In this document: positions 1-14,811 of the stretch, piece by piece | How positions within the stretch are numbered: the stretch's first letter is position 1 | How the letters are laid out: every line of letters starts with the position of its first letter | From: Owenia fusiformis | Taxonomy: Eukaryota | Direction: 5' to 3' | DNA: 64,000 bases | NCBI GenBank assembly: GCA_903813345.2 | Contig: CAIIXF020000001.1 | Location: forward strand, 40,362,001-40,426,000 | Notes under the pieces: model-generated | The model's database searches: none | Told to the model about the DNA's origin: nothing | What the model saw: the letters and a program-made list of their open reading frames with translations, nothing else | Program-made: the position numbers and the translations under genes

Positions 1-2134
1 GAAATCTTGCTCACATTTTTCTTAGGCAAATTAAAAATAGCGACGAGTAAACTTTTTAAATATTCCAAAATTAAAATAGCGAAAAGGCAAAATTTTAAAA
101 TTAAACTTTTCTCTCCACATGCATTCTTGCCCCTTGAAAGTATCAAGTAAAGTACATGTATCTGTAATGATTTCAAAATTCAACATTGACAAGTATCTCT
201 TAATACATTTAATTAATGATAATCATTTAGATAGAATCACTCAGACAACTTCTTCCACTGTCCTCATCCACTCAAGGGAAAGATACCCGGTGATTTCAGC
301 GGGAAGTGGCGTTTCGTTCAGTGGATGAGCTGCGCGCGCACGCATAAATGTGATTATCCAATATATTTAGGGGAGGGCTATTTGAAATAGTTTTTGGTCT
401 CAGGCGCGACCCAGGGCTGTTGTCTTAAGGACATTTCGTTGAAAATGAGCCATTCGGCTGATAATTGGTAAGAGTTTGCGATATTATAATGTATAACTGT
501 TACTCAGACACATATTTTGACACGATTCTGTTGGAAATAAGCTTTGAACCGAGAGATATTCACGATTGATATGCAAATTTTTGATTGTGCCATTGCTTTT
601 CCATTGCACAATCCATGTATTGATAGAAGTAACATTAATAATGCAGATTGGTTTACCTTCAATACATGGCAGACACTACATATCGGTCTATTAAATACCA
701 GTTTATCTAGTTAGTTTTATATTTCCATCCACGGCCTGGAGCCTGGGTGTGTTTGTCTCTTATGTGTATGCTTGTGCATGGACTTCTAATCACTAGCAGA
801 ATTTAACATGATGCAAACTCGACATTATAAGTCATGCTGTAACATTTTGACTTCGCTGGAAAACAATAGGGATTATTTTTCTTGCCAATCAATCATGAAT
901 CACAATCAAAATTTCAGACGGAATGATCAATCAGGCAATGGTCCAAATCAAGTTATAACATTATATGATATTCAGCAAGAAGTCCGGTAGAAATACAGAA
1001 TATTTAAACATCAAAGCTGAAAATTAAAAGCTAATCTGTCAATTTTCTGTCTGCAAAAGAGCGTTTACATTTGACACAATAACAGACTGAGGCTTTGAAA
1101 TCTAGGATTCCCCAGGAAAATATGACGTCATACTAATTAGCATAAGGATTTCCCTATTGGTCTGGGTCGAGCCTTGTTCGAAAACACAATCCATAAATAC
1201 ATGCTAATTTCTAAGGAGATAGGAAGTGTATAACGTGTTTATCGATTTTATTTAAATTAAATTGTTTAAGTGGATAAAGTGGTCAACACTTGCTTCAATT
1301 CATAGCGTAATCGACGGATGGAAACTGACCGAATTCCCGATATCCTACCCCATATTACTGTAAGCACAGTGACCTACAGAGGGCGCTATCACAAACAAGT
1401 ACTGCACGAAACGATAAATTCCCGGGTATTGTAACGCCCTTGATCCACTGTAATGATTTGTTGGAAATATATCATGTTTATGGAGTTGTTAGACTTCCAA
1501 ATGGTTTAACCTCAATATGCTAATATTTGCAAACGGCGTGCATATAAAAGTTTGTTTTATTTCATCAGAAAACGTAAGCGCCATTCCCCAACCCTTTTAT
1601 CAGAAGAAACCGAAACTTGCCAGATCGTCTACGTAAGAGTAAGAAAATTTTATTTTCACTTGGCCAATCTGACTTTGATAAAAGCGCCTCTCCAAATATC
1701 ATGACACTTCCATTCAGATTTAAACAAAATATCATTATCAAATGTGATGATAAAAGGAAAAACATTAAAGAAACTATAAAAAGGCTATTATATATAAAGG
1801 TACGAGTGACTCATTCGATAAAAGAATCAAAGACTGTAAAAATTCATAATCTTCTGTCTGATGTCATCTTAAGCTAAAAAATTGTGTTTAACATCGTCAA
1901 TTTCCTTTCTCTCATTTCAATGGATTCCCTTCCACTAAATAATATTCTACTTCTCTTTTTTGATTTGCTTAAATATTACTCACAAACAATGAAATTTTGA
2001 AAAGTCTGCTATAGACGATTTCATGGGAAGTTCCTCCGATTTCTGACATGTGACATAATTTTTAGTTTCCCAAATGAAAAATACGAAACGACAATGGCCA
2101 GCTGGATGTTATATGATCCCCAGAAAACTAAAAC

Positions 2135-2741
2135 CCGGAACTTACTCACTTCGAGAGCCATGTTAGATTTTGAAACTTATGGCTCTCAAACGGGGAAGTG
2201 GACAGCTGATTAATAGTGACCTTTGAATCACAAATTAAGTCGATCAGCGGCCTACTTTTGTTCCCTAACTATGTTATACATCATTATCATCCTTCCGTGC
2301 AAGTGGGCGCTGAAGTGCTTCCTTTTCGATCAAGACTTGTAATTGTTAGTCGAGTGAATGTTTTTACTGCCAAATTCCAATATGGCGTTTTCTGCTCGGA
2401 CATTTCCGTAAATCTCCGGAGGTTGTCCGAACCTAAATCATTCTCAAAAATTCATTTCATTCGTTGCGTATCTCGCTCCTAGCAAACCGCCATATTGGAA
2501 ATGGGTCGAAAAAACATTCACTCGATGAACAATTTACAAGTCTTGATCGAAAAAGAAGTATTTCAGCGCTTCAATACTTGCACGGATTGATGATACTGAT
2601 GTAAGACACAGTTAGAGACCAAAAGTAAGTCGCTGAAATCTTTATTCATATTTTAAAGGTCACTATTATTCAGCTGTCCAAGTGCGCTGTGGGAAAGCTA
2701 TTGTATCAAAATCCACATAGCTTTCGCAGGGAGTAACCCGG
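2135..2741. mobile_element. Fold-back non-autonomous DNA element (MITE-like), long diverged inverted arms
   Basis: tggacagctgattaatagtgacctt (2199) vs aaggtcactattattcagctgtcca (to 2680); ttcgatcaagacttgtaa vs ttacaagtcttgatcgaa; complementarity runs out to about 2135 and 2741. Confidence 0.8.
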
Positions 2742-4923
2742 AACAATACAATAAAAGAAGCTTTCTCTCGATGCTTGAGAAAGACAAGAATTTGATGCCA
2801 ACAGCAACTGGCCTCATAAAAGATGGAGACGATATCAACCTATTTGGCCATGAAATGGACAGTGTCTCCGTTGCAAAAAGGCAAGGTAGATGGCAGTTGT
2901 ACGCAGCTAGACTAGCTACTAGCTACAAGTTGTTGGAGTAGATAGTCCAGGGTCTTGAAGCAAGACTACTCGCAGCTTGAGTCCGCGCCGTGTGACCAAG
3001 GAGGATTGGCTCCTAGGGTCCCAACCAGAGGGGGAATAATCCCAGAGTTCAAAGATGACATACACTTATAATGTAAACCTGTATTGAGATGATATACACT
3101 CTTTGATTGGTCAAAAATCCAATCTTGTAGAGAATCGATCCAAACTTGTAAAGAATACTCATAAAACAACAGCGAACATTGAGAGATTCATTTCAATGGC
3201 AAATGAGGTCTGTTTATAAAATTTGTTATCGAATTCTAGTGTGTTTTGAATTTTCGTTTGGAAATAAGACCAAAACTAGTGATTCAAACTCTTACGTGAA
3301 AAAATGGCGGCTGTATGGATGATATACTAACTCTGAGAACGGAAGATGGGTCCGATCGAAATCAATGCCTTAATACTTGTATCCAGGTTCATTCTAAGGC
3401 AAATGGTTCTTTCGATGAAGCGGTAACTTAATAAAATATAGGTAACACCATAGTCGGGTACAATGTGAGCATTCTCCTTCATTGTTTATTGTGTAATTGT
3501 CCACGCGTCTCCGGAATAACAACTTTAAAGATACCGATATTAAAGATACGAATCAGTACTTAGCAGACATATAAAATATGTCTCTGGTTATTAAGGGGTC
3601 TTTGCTTTTAGGTAACGTATTCAGATGCGGCACAGATACTCTGTAGTCCCTGTCACTTCAACGATATTCGCATTTTTCATCGGGGTCTAAACGAGCGTGA
3701 ACTTTATGCTATCTTGACAAAGTGACTTTTTATTTGTGTCCATCTTCCGTGTGGAATTATGTTTAGTCTTCAGCCAATGCATTTTGTTGTCCTCTATTGA
3801 TTAGTAGATTTCGAAATGGTGCGTTACATCCTGTCGAAGCCAGGGATTTTAAGATTTGATTTGTCTCATATACGTATATCCTTAAAATGCAAAAGCAATT
3901 ATTTAATTTTAACATGTAATGAGTTGTTGATGTAACGGAGATATAACAAGGTGTTAAAAAGCATGCCCAATCGGTCGTATAAGCAAGTAGTCCAAAATGC
4001 CGAAATTCTTTGTACTGATTCAGGGGCCTAATTTAAATAATTTCCTCAACTGTGATTGGCGCACGGGCTATCCCGCGCACTCCGCGAAGCATTTCTACGA
4101 ATGAGACGCCACATATTACTTCGGTCTCAAGTTTGTCAAATGAACCCACGGGATAGAACGTATTGATTGAGCGCGGGAACCGACGATGCTTACACTTTAA
4201 TCGTGAGATATAACAATTTCCCTTGGGGTAAACCCCATATCTAAAACCTATCAGTACATAATCCTTGCATAATTTCGGCCGAAGATCATATAGTAGCCTT
4301 GAAGGGAACTTCAATCTCTCGGGTGGTTACTTCATTCGCTGACACTAGCGATCTTCAGTCATCGACAATGGGACTGTCTAGTTTACCTTATAACACGGTC
4401 CTCCGGTAAGGGATACATGCCATCGAGATTTATAAATTTTAAGTATTTGAGCATTAAGACGAGATCATTCGGCGTCTAGTTATTTTGAGAGTAAACTATA
4501 AGTTAGATCATCCTAGGTTAGATTTACATCCACAGGCAGGATAAAAAATATGTTTTTCCACAGAATGATCTTGCTAAAATTACACAAGGGAATTATAGGG
4601 ACCATAAATATGTTTTGCTAAGTTGATAAAATAGTGAGACCCCTAAATTATTTCCTGTATTTATAACTACAATTCGTAAGAACTTATGAACTTTTCGCTT
4701 TGGATCTGAGTCTCCTACAAGTAATACAATTTGAATATATAGGAAAATAGAATGTCGACTCAGTTGGACATTTCACCAACAGTTAAATAATGTCAAACAT
4801 TGTGGGATCCACAGTATCAGTCTACTATATCCTTTGGAATAGAGCTCTAGGTAGTTATCAGTTTCAATACCAGGTGGCTAAATCGGGGAAATTACATGGC
4901 AGGGTATTACAAAGTTCCCTTAA

Positions 4924-5525
4924 AGGAATATTCCTTGCCAGACCCTTTCTCTCTTGATATGGTAGCTATAATCATATATATAGTTTCCATAGTTAGCAAA
5001 ACATGGGAAAATGTTTTAATATGGTCAATATTGATCATTTAAAAATCTAGTGCTTATTTCCAGTGAGCTGCCATCTTTTAAGATTTCTTGCAGGAAGTGG
5101 TGTCATCAACTCTCAACTTCTATAACCTTGCCCATAACAGTATAGGAAAGTAGCACAAAATCACTTCTAGACAAGTGATCATTACTTTCTGTGCAAAAAT
5201 ATTTTCATGGCTTGTCAACTTAGAATAAAATAAGAGATTTTAAGAAGGATTAAATAAGATACAAAGTTGAAAAAGAATATTTAGCTGGTTTTGTAATTCT
5301 TAATAGCTCCTCACCTAATGCTATATGCAAAGTTGAGAGTCGATGACATCACTTCCTGTGTGAAATTTTAAAAGATGGCAGCTTACTGGAATTGAGCATC
5401 ACATTTCTAAGTGATCAAATTTGACCATATCAAAACATTTTTGCGTGTTTTGCTAAACATGGCAAGCATATATATGGTTATAGCTACCATATGAGGAGAG
5501 ATATGGTTTGGCAAGGAATATTCCT
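4924..5525. mobile_element. MITE with TTAA target duplication and AGG..CCT ends (Kolobok/T2-like)
   Basis: TTAA|AGGAATATTCCTTGCCA ... TGGCAAGGAATATTCCT|TTAA; ~200-bp imperfect TIRs. Confidence 0.88.
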
Positions 5526-5946
5526 TTAAACTTGAATATTCATCAGTTTTAGTGGTTCACTTTTCATATTACCCGTATGTATCTGATATTTATACAAAAT
5601 TATCTATATGTCCAGTAAAAGAAAATATTATCTGTCAAACACAAGATATTACACTTTTTGTGATTTTACAATATGGGGTCTATGGGGAATCTCCCCGGCC
5701 TAGATGTTACATTTTCAAAGTTTCAAACTCTTTTCATAACCACATTTCTAGTTCATCAAAGTATTAGCAGAGCACACTTTTTATTTACCAAACCAGAAGG
5801 GGCTCAGAAGCAATTCAAGATATACAAATGTCATTCGTGTATAATATGAATATATTTTTCCATATATTTTACTCAGTTTTAAAACAGTGAAATGGATTTT
5901 AATGATTTATGGCAGAATATTAAAAATGAAATGTTACTCAGTGGTA

Positions 5947-6415
5947 CACTCCCCTCCAAAAGTTTAGCAACCTTAGCTCCTTCATTTAACTACGTGTTAA
6001 AGGTGTTTGAATTTTCGTTTATATGATCTGTGAGGAAAATACTTATAATATAAAAACCAATGGGAAATGGTGGCTAAGGGGCAAATCTTATTTCAGGATA
6101 TCCATCCAGAGTAAAAGATTCACCAACAATATATACGCTAAGTGTTCAGTTAACTGATGAATATTCTGTCATATGACTTGCGGCAAACCTACCATTTCCC
6201 ATTGGTTAACATGGGAATGTCGATTTTCAAAAATTCATCAAATTTATCATCAACTTTCGACTTATTGTAATTGAAGGGAAAAAATGTGAAATGAAGTCCA
6301 GTTACTTTTCCATCAATATTTTAAGTATTTTCCTCGCAGGTTACGTAAATAAAAATTCAAACATAGAGGCACCACGTAGTTCAACGAGGGAGCTAAGGTT
6401 GCCAAAATTTTGGAG
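5947..6415. mobile_element. Tc1/mariner-like MITE, right end eroded
   Basis: TA|CACTCCCCTCCAAAAGTTTAGCAACCTTAGCTCC vs GGAGCTAAGGTTGCCAAAATTTTGGAG; related copy at 32253. Confidence 0.75.
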
Positions 6416-8436
6416 CAATTACACGTACTGTATGAGTGGTTTGAATAACTAATGCTAAAGTATGATATAATAGAACTATGTTTTTTAGAAATAAAATAGG
6501 TTAAACTGTTAAACTGGAATATCAACAAAATAAATCGTACCTTTATGTCAAATCTCTGTCTGACTGGCACAAAAAACACTACTGATAATTTCCGCTTAAA
6601 ATCTCGGAGCCTGAGGACCGAGTAGATTCAGACATTCATATACAACGGTTCCACTCACCCAGTGCAACAGATATTGATAAAAAAAAGTAGGACGATATTC
6701 CATCGGGGACAATAAAACTCTGCTACACCTGATTTGCTTCCTCTTCGGTGAACAACATCCTAGTGAGGGATTTAGTAATAAAAAGCTAAACTGAAAATAA
6801 AAATTCCAAGACTTTAATTATTTTTATGCCATAGGTAAAATCTCTGGACAGTTATATCCAATAAAAACTACCGGGTGAGTCATATTGCAACATATTAAAA
6901 TATAATCCTCTGAAAAAGACGCACGATAGAACTGTGGCAAGTATTGGCCTACCCGCCCCCCCCCCCCCCCCCTAAAAAATTGGTAGCCCGACTCCCCATT
7001 TGAAAACGTGTTAATTTTCCACGATTACAATTTGAAATTCGGCAAACATAGGCAGACTTAAACACATTGTTCAATGATGAAGTTTGGGATAATCGATCTT
7101 GATGGAAGTGTATCGCAGCCTTTAGAATTATTAATAAAAGTCTTGACGTATCAATTCAAAAATGGGTGTCGACTTTTGGCTTGCAACCGAAGATACCTCA
7201 AGAAAAGCCGGAGATTGCCGAAGATTTTCTTTGCAAACGAAGTTGCCCGAGGGTACCACGAATGTGAAGAGGACGTCTCTAATTGGTCAAAAAGAGAGGC
7301 TCGGCATTCTCCGTCAGATTGAATCGGCAAAATTCGGTTGTATGGCTTACCTCCGGTTGTATGGCTTACCCTCGGCTGCATGGCCCAACCTCGATTGAAT
7401 GGAAAAGATGCTGTCCCATTCAAAAATATCGATATATAATTCAATCATTGCAAAACGTGTACACAAAACTGCATACAAAAAGTTAAATCTCATTGATAGT
7501 AAAATTGTTTAATGACTGTTTATTATGCAATATATTCACTGTGCAAGACAGCAATTTATCGTAATTTAGGAGTCTGTACTTAGTTGCAATAAATTCCGAC
7601 CAACATTATTTGCTGTTTATCTTCTTATTTGTGGATAACGAATTGATTTAAATACACATTTACCCGGCAACATACAACATCTGGCATACAACAAATATTG
7701 TATAAATAGTACTTCTACTTTTGCTACATTTATCTTAGTTCTGTTCTGTTCTCCAACTTGCTGTTTTTGTTTGCAAATATTCTTCTGGATATTTTCGAAG
7801 ACTTTTCTGGAGCGGCAAAATTACAATAAAATATCTCAAAATATCGAACAAATGTGCCTTCTTCATGCCGCTCTATCTTCCTTAAACGCACGCTTTTGGG
7901 ACATAGATATGCGGAATCAAAAAGTTGACTTGATGTAGTAGGCTTTATATTCTATATAATGAAGTGAACCAAAGGCTTTCTTCCCAAAGTCGAAAAAGTG
8001 GCTTGAGATGACTTGTCACCAATGGAGCGGGCATATGAAAATAAATCTATATACTGTACAACAGTGGCCATGATTTCGGTAGGAATTATATCTAGAAAAT
8101 TGGCATTGTTCTATTTCAACTTTTTTTTTGTTGTTTGGAACAACCTAAACCTAGCAGGGTACGACGTTCATGTTTACGTTCATAATCGATGATTCTATAC
8201 TCCTATCATATCCGGCTGTAGAGAAGATACAATTAATTCTCATGATCAGTTGCATGACATGTTTGGATCGTAATAATTTTCTTATAAGATTTTAATTATA
8301 AAGATGTCAATTTTCACTGACACCGATTATGCAATGTCAATGAAAATTACACGCATCTGAGACAACAACTCTTCCCGATTTTGAAGGATAACAAGGATCC
8401 GAAACCAAATTACTCCGATGCCACTTTTGTACTCTA

Positions 8437-9518
8437 CAGGGTGGTCCAAAAAAAATTGGAACATTTCTTAATTGAACGCAAAACCTTTATTTTTCCTCTA
8501 AAATGCACCAAAATTTTACTGAGCATAGGTCAGTCACTTATTTATCTGATGTGAAGTTTATAGGTGAAAACCACAAAGTTAATACATTAAACTAGTCAAT
8601 GTTTCATAGGACCCCCTTTTCTTAAATATACACTTGTCAATTTCGCCACTACTTTTTCAAGTATCCTTTATTTCAAAGCTTTAATGAACATGTTAATTGC
8701 TATACACATTTTATAAAATCATATTCAGTTGACGAAAGGTATTTATATCTATGGTTTACTAGAAAACTACTGTGTTATTGTCAACTAAAGAATACCCAAA
8801 ATCTTTATTTTTATTTAAGAGTAGGAAAGAAAGAACACGTCAGAGGTGAGCGATTGCATGACCCGTACAGCTACTAAAGTGACAAAATCATTGTTTCCAT
8901 TTTTCAGTAAAGAGGAAACTGACCAGTTATTTTTAAGGCTTTATTAAAGACCAACTCTAAGCATATATAATATTTCATACCCCTTTATGATATTGATTTA
9001 CATATATTGATATATTCAATGAATATTATTCAAATTAGAACAAGAAAGGGGATGGGGCTTCATTTACCAGTCAAACGGACTGCCCTAGTCTCTTTCTTGA
9101 GAATTTTCAATCAGTAATACACCCAGCAATAGCTATCAAAATATGCTTGATACTCAACAATATAGGTGAAAAAATGTTGAATATGTTACTAGATTTGATC
9201 TTCCGAGGCAAACATATAAGAAATTTGGTCAAGCTGAATTTTTTTAATCAAGATTGCTTGGACAAAAACAAAGAAACAGCAAACTGAATGAACAATTCAA
9301 AATGGAGTCCCAGGCCTGAGCTTGTAATTCAAGAGAAGAGGGGTCATATCAAACATTGTCTAGTTTAATGCATTAACTTTGTTGTTTGGACCTATAAACT
9401 TTACATCAGATATATAAGTGACTGAACAATACTCAGTAAAATTTTGGTACATTTTAGAGGAAGAATAACGATTTTGAGTTCAATTATCAAATGTTCCAAT
9501 TTTTTTTGGACCACCCTG
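8437..9518. mobile_element. Non-autonomous Tc1/mariner element, TA target duplication, ~160-bp TIRs
   Basis: TA|CAGGGTGGTCCAAAAAAAATTGGAACATTT ... AAATGTTCCAATTTTTTTTGGACCACCCTG|TA. Confidence 0.9.
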
Positions 9519-11119
9519 TAGATGTCAGAAGCGAGTGAAGTAAATTTTTTCTTACCTAAAATAGTAAATACTCCATGCTTGTTTTTTCCGATGTGATAAT
9601 TGCCTTGATAAGTCGCGAGTAAGAGATTCTGTATTCAAAACTCAAAGTACGCCTATGATCTTCAACAGCTCTGAAATCTGCATTACTTTGGATCACAAGC
9701 TGATCCTTAATTTATTCTTTCTTAGAATGCGCTAATAAGACTATTGTTGCATTGACCGTAGCCTAATCTTTAAAACCTCATTTGTCAGTATACAATTATG
9801 ATTTAATCACTGTGATATCGGTTTGTAATTACATGCTGGAGACTCGCTAGAAATAACAAAAAGTGTTTCTTTCATCAATGAACGGTGGCAGATTAGGAAA
9901 CCCGAGAGCAATGTACTATGATGTTTTTATTGAACATATCTTTAAGTAGTGTGGATCAGAGAAGGTTAAAGCAAAACTTTCACAGGAAGTCTTTCTTCTT
10001 TTTAATGAAAAAGAGCGTGTTTTCTTTAATTGCTTTTAAATATGGCACAAAGGAGAATCTTTTGATCAAAAACAATGATATGTGGAACAATGTAAACACA
10101 ATGAAGTGCGTATGTGAGGCCCGTGGCCAGGGAGGGGCTCGGGGGCTCAGTCGTGTGAGATATCCAGATATCCAGATATCTCCTAAAAATAATGGACCTA
10201 CCTTTTTTGCTTAGTTCTTGAAGGATTTTTTTTCATTTCGAGGTAGAAGGTAAAATTTGGTAAAACATATAGTACGGAGCATTTTCATGTGATATTGCCA
10301 ATTTTACTTTCTGAACATTCCAAATTGACTAGACTAGTAAAAGCTATCAAACAATGATTCGTTTGTTGTATTGAAATTAAATGTTCGTTTTTATCGATAG
10401 TGTGTGTTTTAAGTCCAAAACCTTACAATGTCTCACTGGCCGACATGAGGGGGTTATGCCTCCCCCCTCCCCTCCCCTGGTCTAACTACAGAATAGGCGT
10501 AGCTATATACAGTATAGGCGGAATAGACAGCCGCGTATTAAGAGTCAAGACAAAAATGTAAATTGAAATAAATCATGATTCTTGAACCATTCAGAACGCG
10601 CAAAATAAGCCCAAAAAATCAATTTTAAAATAATCAATCATGAATATATTTTGATCCTAGAATCACTCAGAACGCGCTTAATCAGCCCAAAGATCCTACA
10701 TTTTCCGGACCCCCTAGTTTTGGTCAGCCTACGGCCTCGCGTACTAACACTACTAATCCTGGCTCAGCTATCACACATCGTGTATTATTTGACTAGTCAT
10801 AATTTGGCTCGAGTTTTGTTCCTACGTAATATGGGCATTTTTCAAAAAATAATGGGCAATATTTTTCAAAATTATGGCCTTAATTTTCTTCCGATCCCTC
10901 TCCATCATTTTTTCATTTTTGGGCTCACCCTGGTAATAACAATTGCGAATTTGGTTAAGCATAAAAATTGTGTGTGAGTAAATCTCTCCAATTATTACAT
11001 TCGACAACATTGGCATATTCATTGAAAGGATTGGTTCAAACATTTCGCATTCTAAATCCTTTGATGCTACTTTAAAATAATATGAACCATAGTTATTGGC
11101 ATGGTTTTTTTCTGAATGT

Positions 11120-11247
11120 CAGTTTCATTTAACGATGACGGCTTTGAGCATAACGCACGAGTAAACAATGAGTTCATGCGAACCGAACCCAGGACCTCTT
11201 GATTGCATCTGTCGTCTGCCACCGCCCTTGACCACTCGGCCAAATCC
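11120..11247 (-). mobile_element. Degenerate tRNA-derived SINE head
   Basis: Minus strand: A-box TGGCCGAGTGG and degenerate B-box (GGTCCTGGGTTCGGTTC); no complete cloverleaf. Confidence 0.5.
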
Positions 11248-11892
11248 ACAATCCCCAAGATGTTTATTTTATCATGTTTATGCACTTGATACGACATACG
11301 ATTTACAATAATTATTGCGAATTCAATGCCGTCATATATCATCATATCATATATTGATATCAGGGCCTTACCGATTTCTGGTAATATTTAGAACTAACCC
11401 CCTCCCTGTAGTCTAGTTGGTATCTCACTTGAAGTACGCTGTCACACGATCTAATTACAGAACGGTATGGTCGCCATCAACTTTTGAAGTGATGAAAATT
11501 CTAAATCACCTTCCCGCCCGAGCGCGTCCATGAATTTTGTAAATAAACCGTAGAAAGTCACAGCTACATTCATTCCATTTTCACAGTTTTAACCAGTTTG
11601 CAATTAGTTCTACTTCGTTCTCAATACATCCAGAGACAGTTCAACTCGTTCTTAAAATGTCCCCAGTAGGATTGAAGTACTGCAATTCCGTTCGTAGTAC
11701 GTCCAGCTGGTTTTAACACGTCACTGTACGTTGTCACTCGTTCTGACAGAACGTGACGACCACCACATGCTCTTAGTTCTGGAGGACCTACCCATTCGTC
11801 GAGTACGTTCGTGAAGTTTGTAAAAAAAAACTCAAACGGTTTTAAGTACGTACAATCCGTTCGGACAGTTTAAGACCGTTTTCAAGAACGTA

Positions 11893-12817
11893 CAGGGTGT
11901 CCAAAAAAAACAGGACCGTAAGAAAGTTGAATAACTCGGTCAGAATTATTTAGTTCATTCAATGTGAATTTTGTTGTGAAAGTTTGATAATAATCTACCT
12001 ATTGAGTCAAAAACTACAGCTCCTTACAAAACATGCCCCAAATGTGCAAATCTCATCTCTATGCACAATTCAATCCGGTGAACAAAGCTGTTGATGATCC
12101 TCCTACACACATGTTTTTCTGAATGGACAACAATTGCTACTGGGGCTTACATCCCCCTGATGAAGTGTTAAAGCATCCTTTGCATTCTGAACAATGCACT
12201 CCCTGGGTGGCAATGAGGAAACATGATATCATCAGTCCCTTTTGGTTCGAAGGTGACTGGGGACTTGCTATCACCATGAACAAGGACCAGTAAGTTCTCA
12301 CCAAGTTTTGGAGGTCACTAAGCACCAGAAGGGACATCTAAGGAGATAATTAAGCAGTGGTTTTAACAAGCCAATACCACCCCAACACTGCAAATGATAT
12401 GCTGAAATGGTTTAGGCAATGCTTTGGTGGTCAGCTCATCAGTTGCAGAACGCAAACCATATGGGCAGCTCATTCGCCTGATCTAAATCCCCCAAATTTT
12501 TATCTTTGAGGATTTCTCAAAGCCAATGTGTATACTGACAGGCCCCTAACAATCTTAAGAGGGCAATAACTTCCCCAATATTTACCACCCACATTAATGT
12601 GTATAGGTAAGGGTCATTAACAACTTTGTTCGCATGATTCGTTTGTGCATAGAGAGGAGAAGTGCCCACTTTGAGCATGTTTTGTAAAGGACTGTAGTTT
12701 TTGACAAAATAAACAGATTATCATCAAACTTTCAGAACAAAATTCACATTGAATGAACTAAATAATTCTTAAATTTCAAAGCAAAATATGCAAAATTGAC
12801 CGAGTTATTCAACTTTC
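11893..12817 (+). mobile_element. Decayed Tc1/mariner transposon with transposase pseudogene fragment
   Basis: TA|CAGGGTGTCCAAAAAAAA left end; inverted subterminal match near 12715-12817. From ~12128 to 12690 it translates (with stops and frameshifts) to NNCYWG..PLHSEQC..W....IISPFWFE..WF*Q..WAAHSPDLNPPNFYL*GFLKANVY, the WPPRSPDLNPLDFFLWGYLK-type DDD/E motif. Confidence 0.88.
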
Positions 12818-14811
12818 TGTTTAGTGTGATTCTAGGGTAGGTGATTTTTGCATGGTATTTCCCCTTTAACAAAATGTAATCAGGTTGCTCAGTTTCCCAA
12901 GGATAACTTACACTAAGAAAGATACTTCTCATCAAAAAAATGAAATCAAAAAATGGTCGAACAATTCACGTTTACTTACACATGCAATGTTAATCCAATC
13001 AGCATCAACTATAGTCCAGCATCGTGAGCATAAACTAGAAAAGTTCGAAAACACCATTGTAAATTCCAGATATGTTTTATATCTCCATTATTTTAGTTTG
13101 TATATGAAATACCTACAATGGCACGATGTCTTTGAACCTTGTATATCCTAAAGGAAGCTAATTGTTTTCGTATTCATGATAAGAGAAAAAATGTAAATTC
13201 CGTATTCATATGTTGATGCTGTTGGATAGCATGATTTTCGTAATGGCTTTACTGCCCATATACACGTACAAAGTCTTTCAATAAATTCACGGAAAGGGCA
13301 CTTAAGTTTCAAGTTTTTCACATTGATTTCTTAGAGCAGTGCTTTGGAGATCTCCTGTGGGAGATTATGCTATTATGGTACAGGACCGTATTAAAGTGTG
13401 AATCAAAATGTTGTTGCTATGGTTACATCAGTCTGACATGCAGGGTTTCGTCTATATTTTCACTCTGCTACACTCTTAAACTATTACGATTTAAAAAATA
13501 GATAATAATATACACTCCGTAGGGTATTGTCGTCTGTAGGTTTACATGGGATCAAACGATTCTAGTGAGATTTCTTGAAGAATTATCATTTATAATTGAA
13601 TTTCTCACAATCGTAACAATGTTGCTGAGAGTGTTCATTTGATTCTTTACTTGGATAACGCACTTATCCTTCAAGAAGCAACCCTCTCAAAGACACTCAA
13701 AAAGAGACAGTATTTAGTGCTTTGGAAAGAATTCCTTGGAGTAACACTTGAAGACGGCACCTGGCACAATTAACAACAATAGCGGCATCGCCTTGTGCTG
13801 TAGCATTAGTTTGATTAGTGCAAATACTCATTTGATTTCTGGTACCCAATAAATGGCTATTTGTTTGGTGATCTTCTCAACATAGCCCTTCACTCACTTC
13901 TCTTTAGAAACATTATTTCGAGTGATTCAATTATCTAATGTTTTTGAATGGTTTGCTAATAGCACGTCACTGTGCTTTATCCTCCTTGATCTGATTCACA
14001 GTCAAAAATTACAGGTATAGGTAGACTTGGTCGTACCTTGAAGAACATATGGAACAAATTACATCTTCTAAGAACACAGCGAAGCGCCAGATTTCTTAGA
14101 GCAGACTTATCCGGGGAACAGACTCGATCGTGAATCCTTATATGAGACCATCTTCATGAAGTCAACAATGATCCCAATCACATTAACGAAACTTGTCACG
14201 AGAAAATGAAACTGTCACATATTAACATTTTTTGTTTTGTTTTTCATTCTCTAGACAAAACGTCAAAAAGCTCTAAATACATTTACTTGTACTTCCATGG
14301 TCAACTTCAAACATAAAATAAGTAGCTCGATATAGCTACGACTACTGAGCTGGAGTCAAATTCTTTAAACGATAGCTGAGTATCGGTATCTCAATGGTAT
14401 TTCAATACCTATGATAAATGGAATATCGTTTATAATGAGTCAAATGGACCAGGACTGTATCATTTGGCACTTGCATAGCCAAATTGAAATTACGCAAAGT
14501 ATGAATATGCTGAAATATCATAATTAGATTTTTACACTTTTACTTCAGTCAATGTCATTCGAGCCATTTGATCTGTGCAATGCTATTCTGTTTTGCGTAA
14601 TCGTGTAATTACATGTTAAAAACTTCTAAAAACAGTTCTCATATAGTACTTTCATACCAAGTAATATGCCCGATACTTTAGATCAATCAGTCCATCAAAC
14701 GGTTTGATTTGAAACGCAGACAAGACTTTACAGACAAGATTTTACAACGGAAAATTCAAAATGACCGCCTTGCCCAGAATGCCCAACAGCTAATCAATTC
14801 CTATCATACAA

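Noticed and set aside
446..473. Possible first exon of a plus-strand gene (ATGAGCCATTCGGCTGATAATTG|gtaaga) after a GC-rich patch
   Set aside because: No convincing downstream exons found; the signal alone is too common.
2742..3170. Short open frame with KR pairs (neuropeptide-like) or a faint DIRS gag/RT resemblance (..LFG.., LLE*IVQG)
   Set aside because: No signal peptide or repeated peptide; the apparent acceptor lies inside a MITE arm; the similarity is too weak to call without a search.
10118..10490. hAT-like MITE remnant (GGCCCGTGGCCAGGG..CCCCTGG)
   Set aside because: Ends are too degraded to define TIRs or a target duplication.
11175..11247. tRNA gene
   Set aside because: A-box is present but the B-box is degenerate and there is no acceptor stem; better explained as a SINE head. 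The same applies to 29499-29575.
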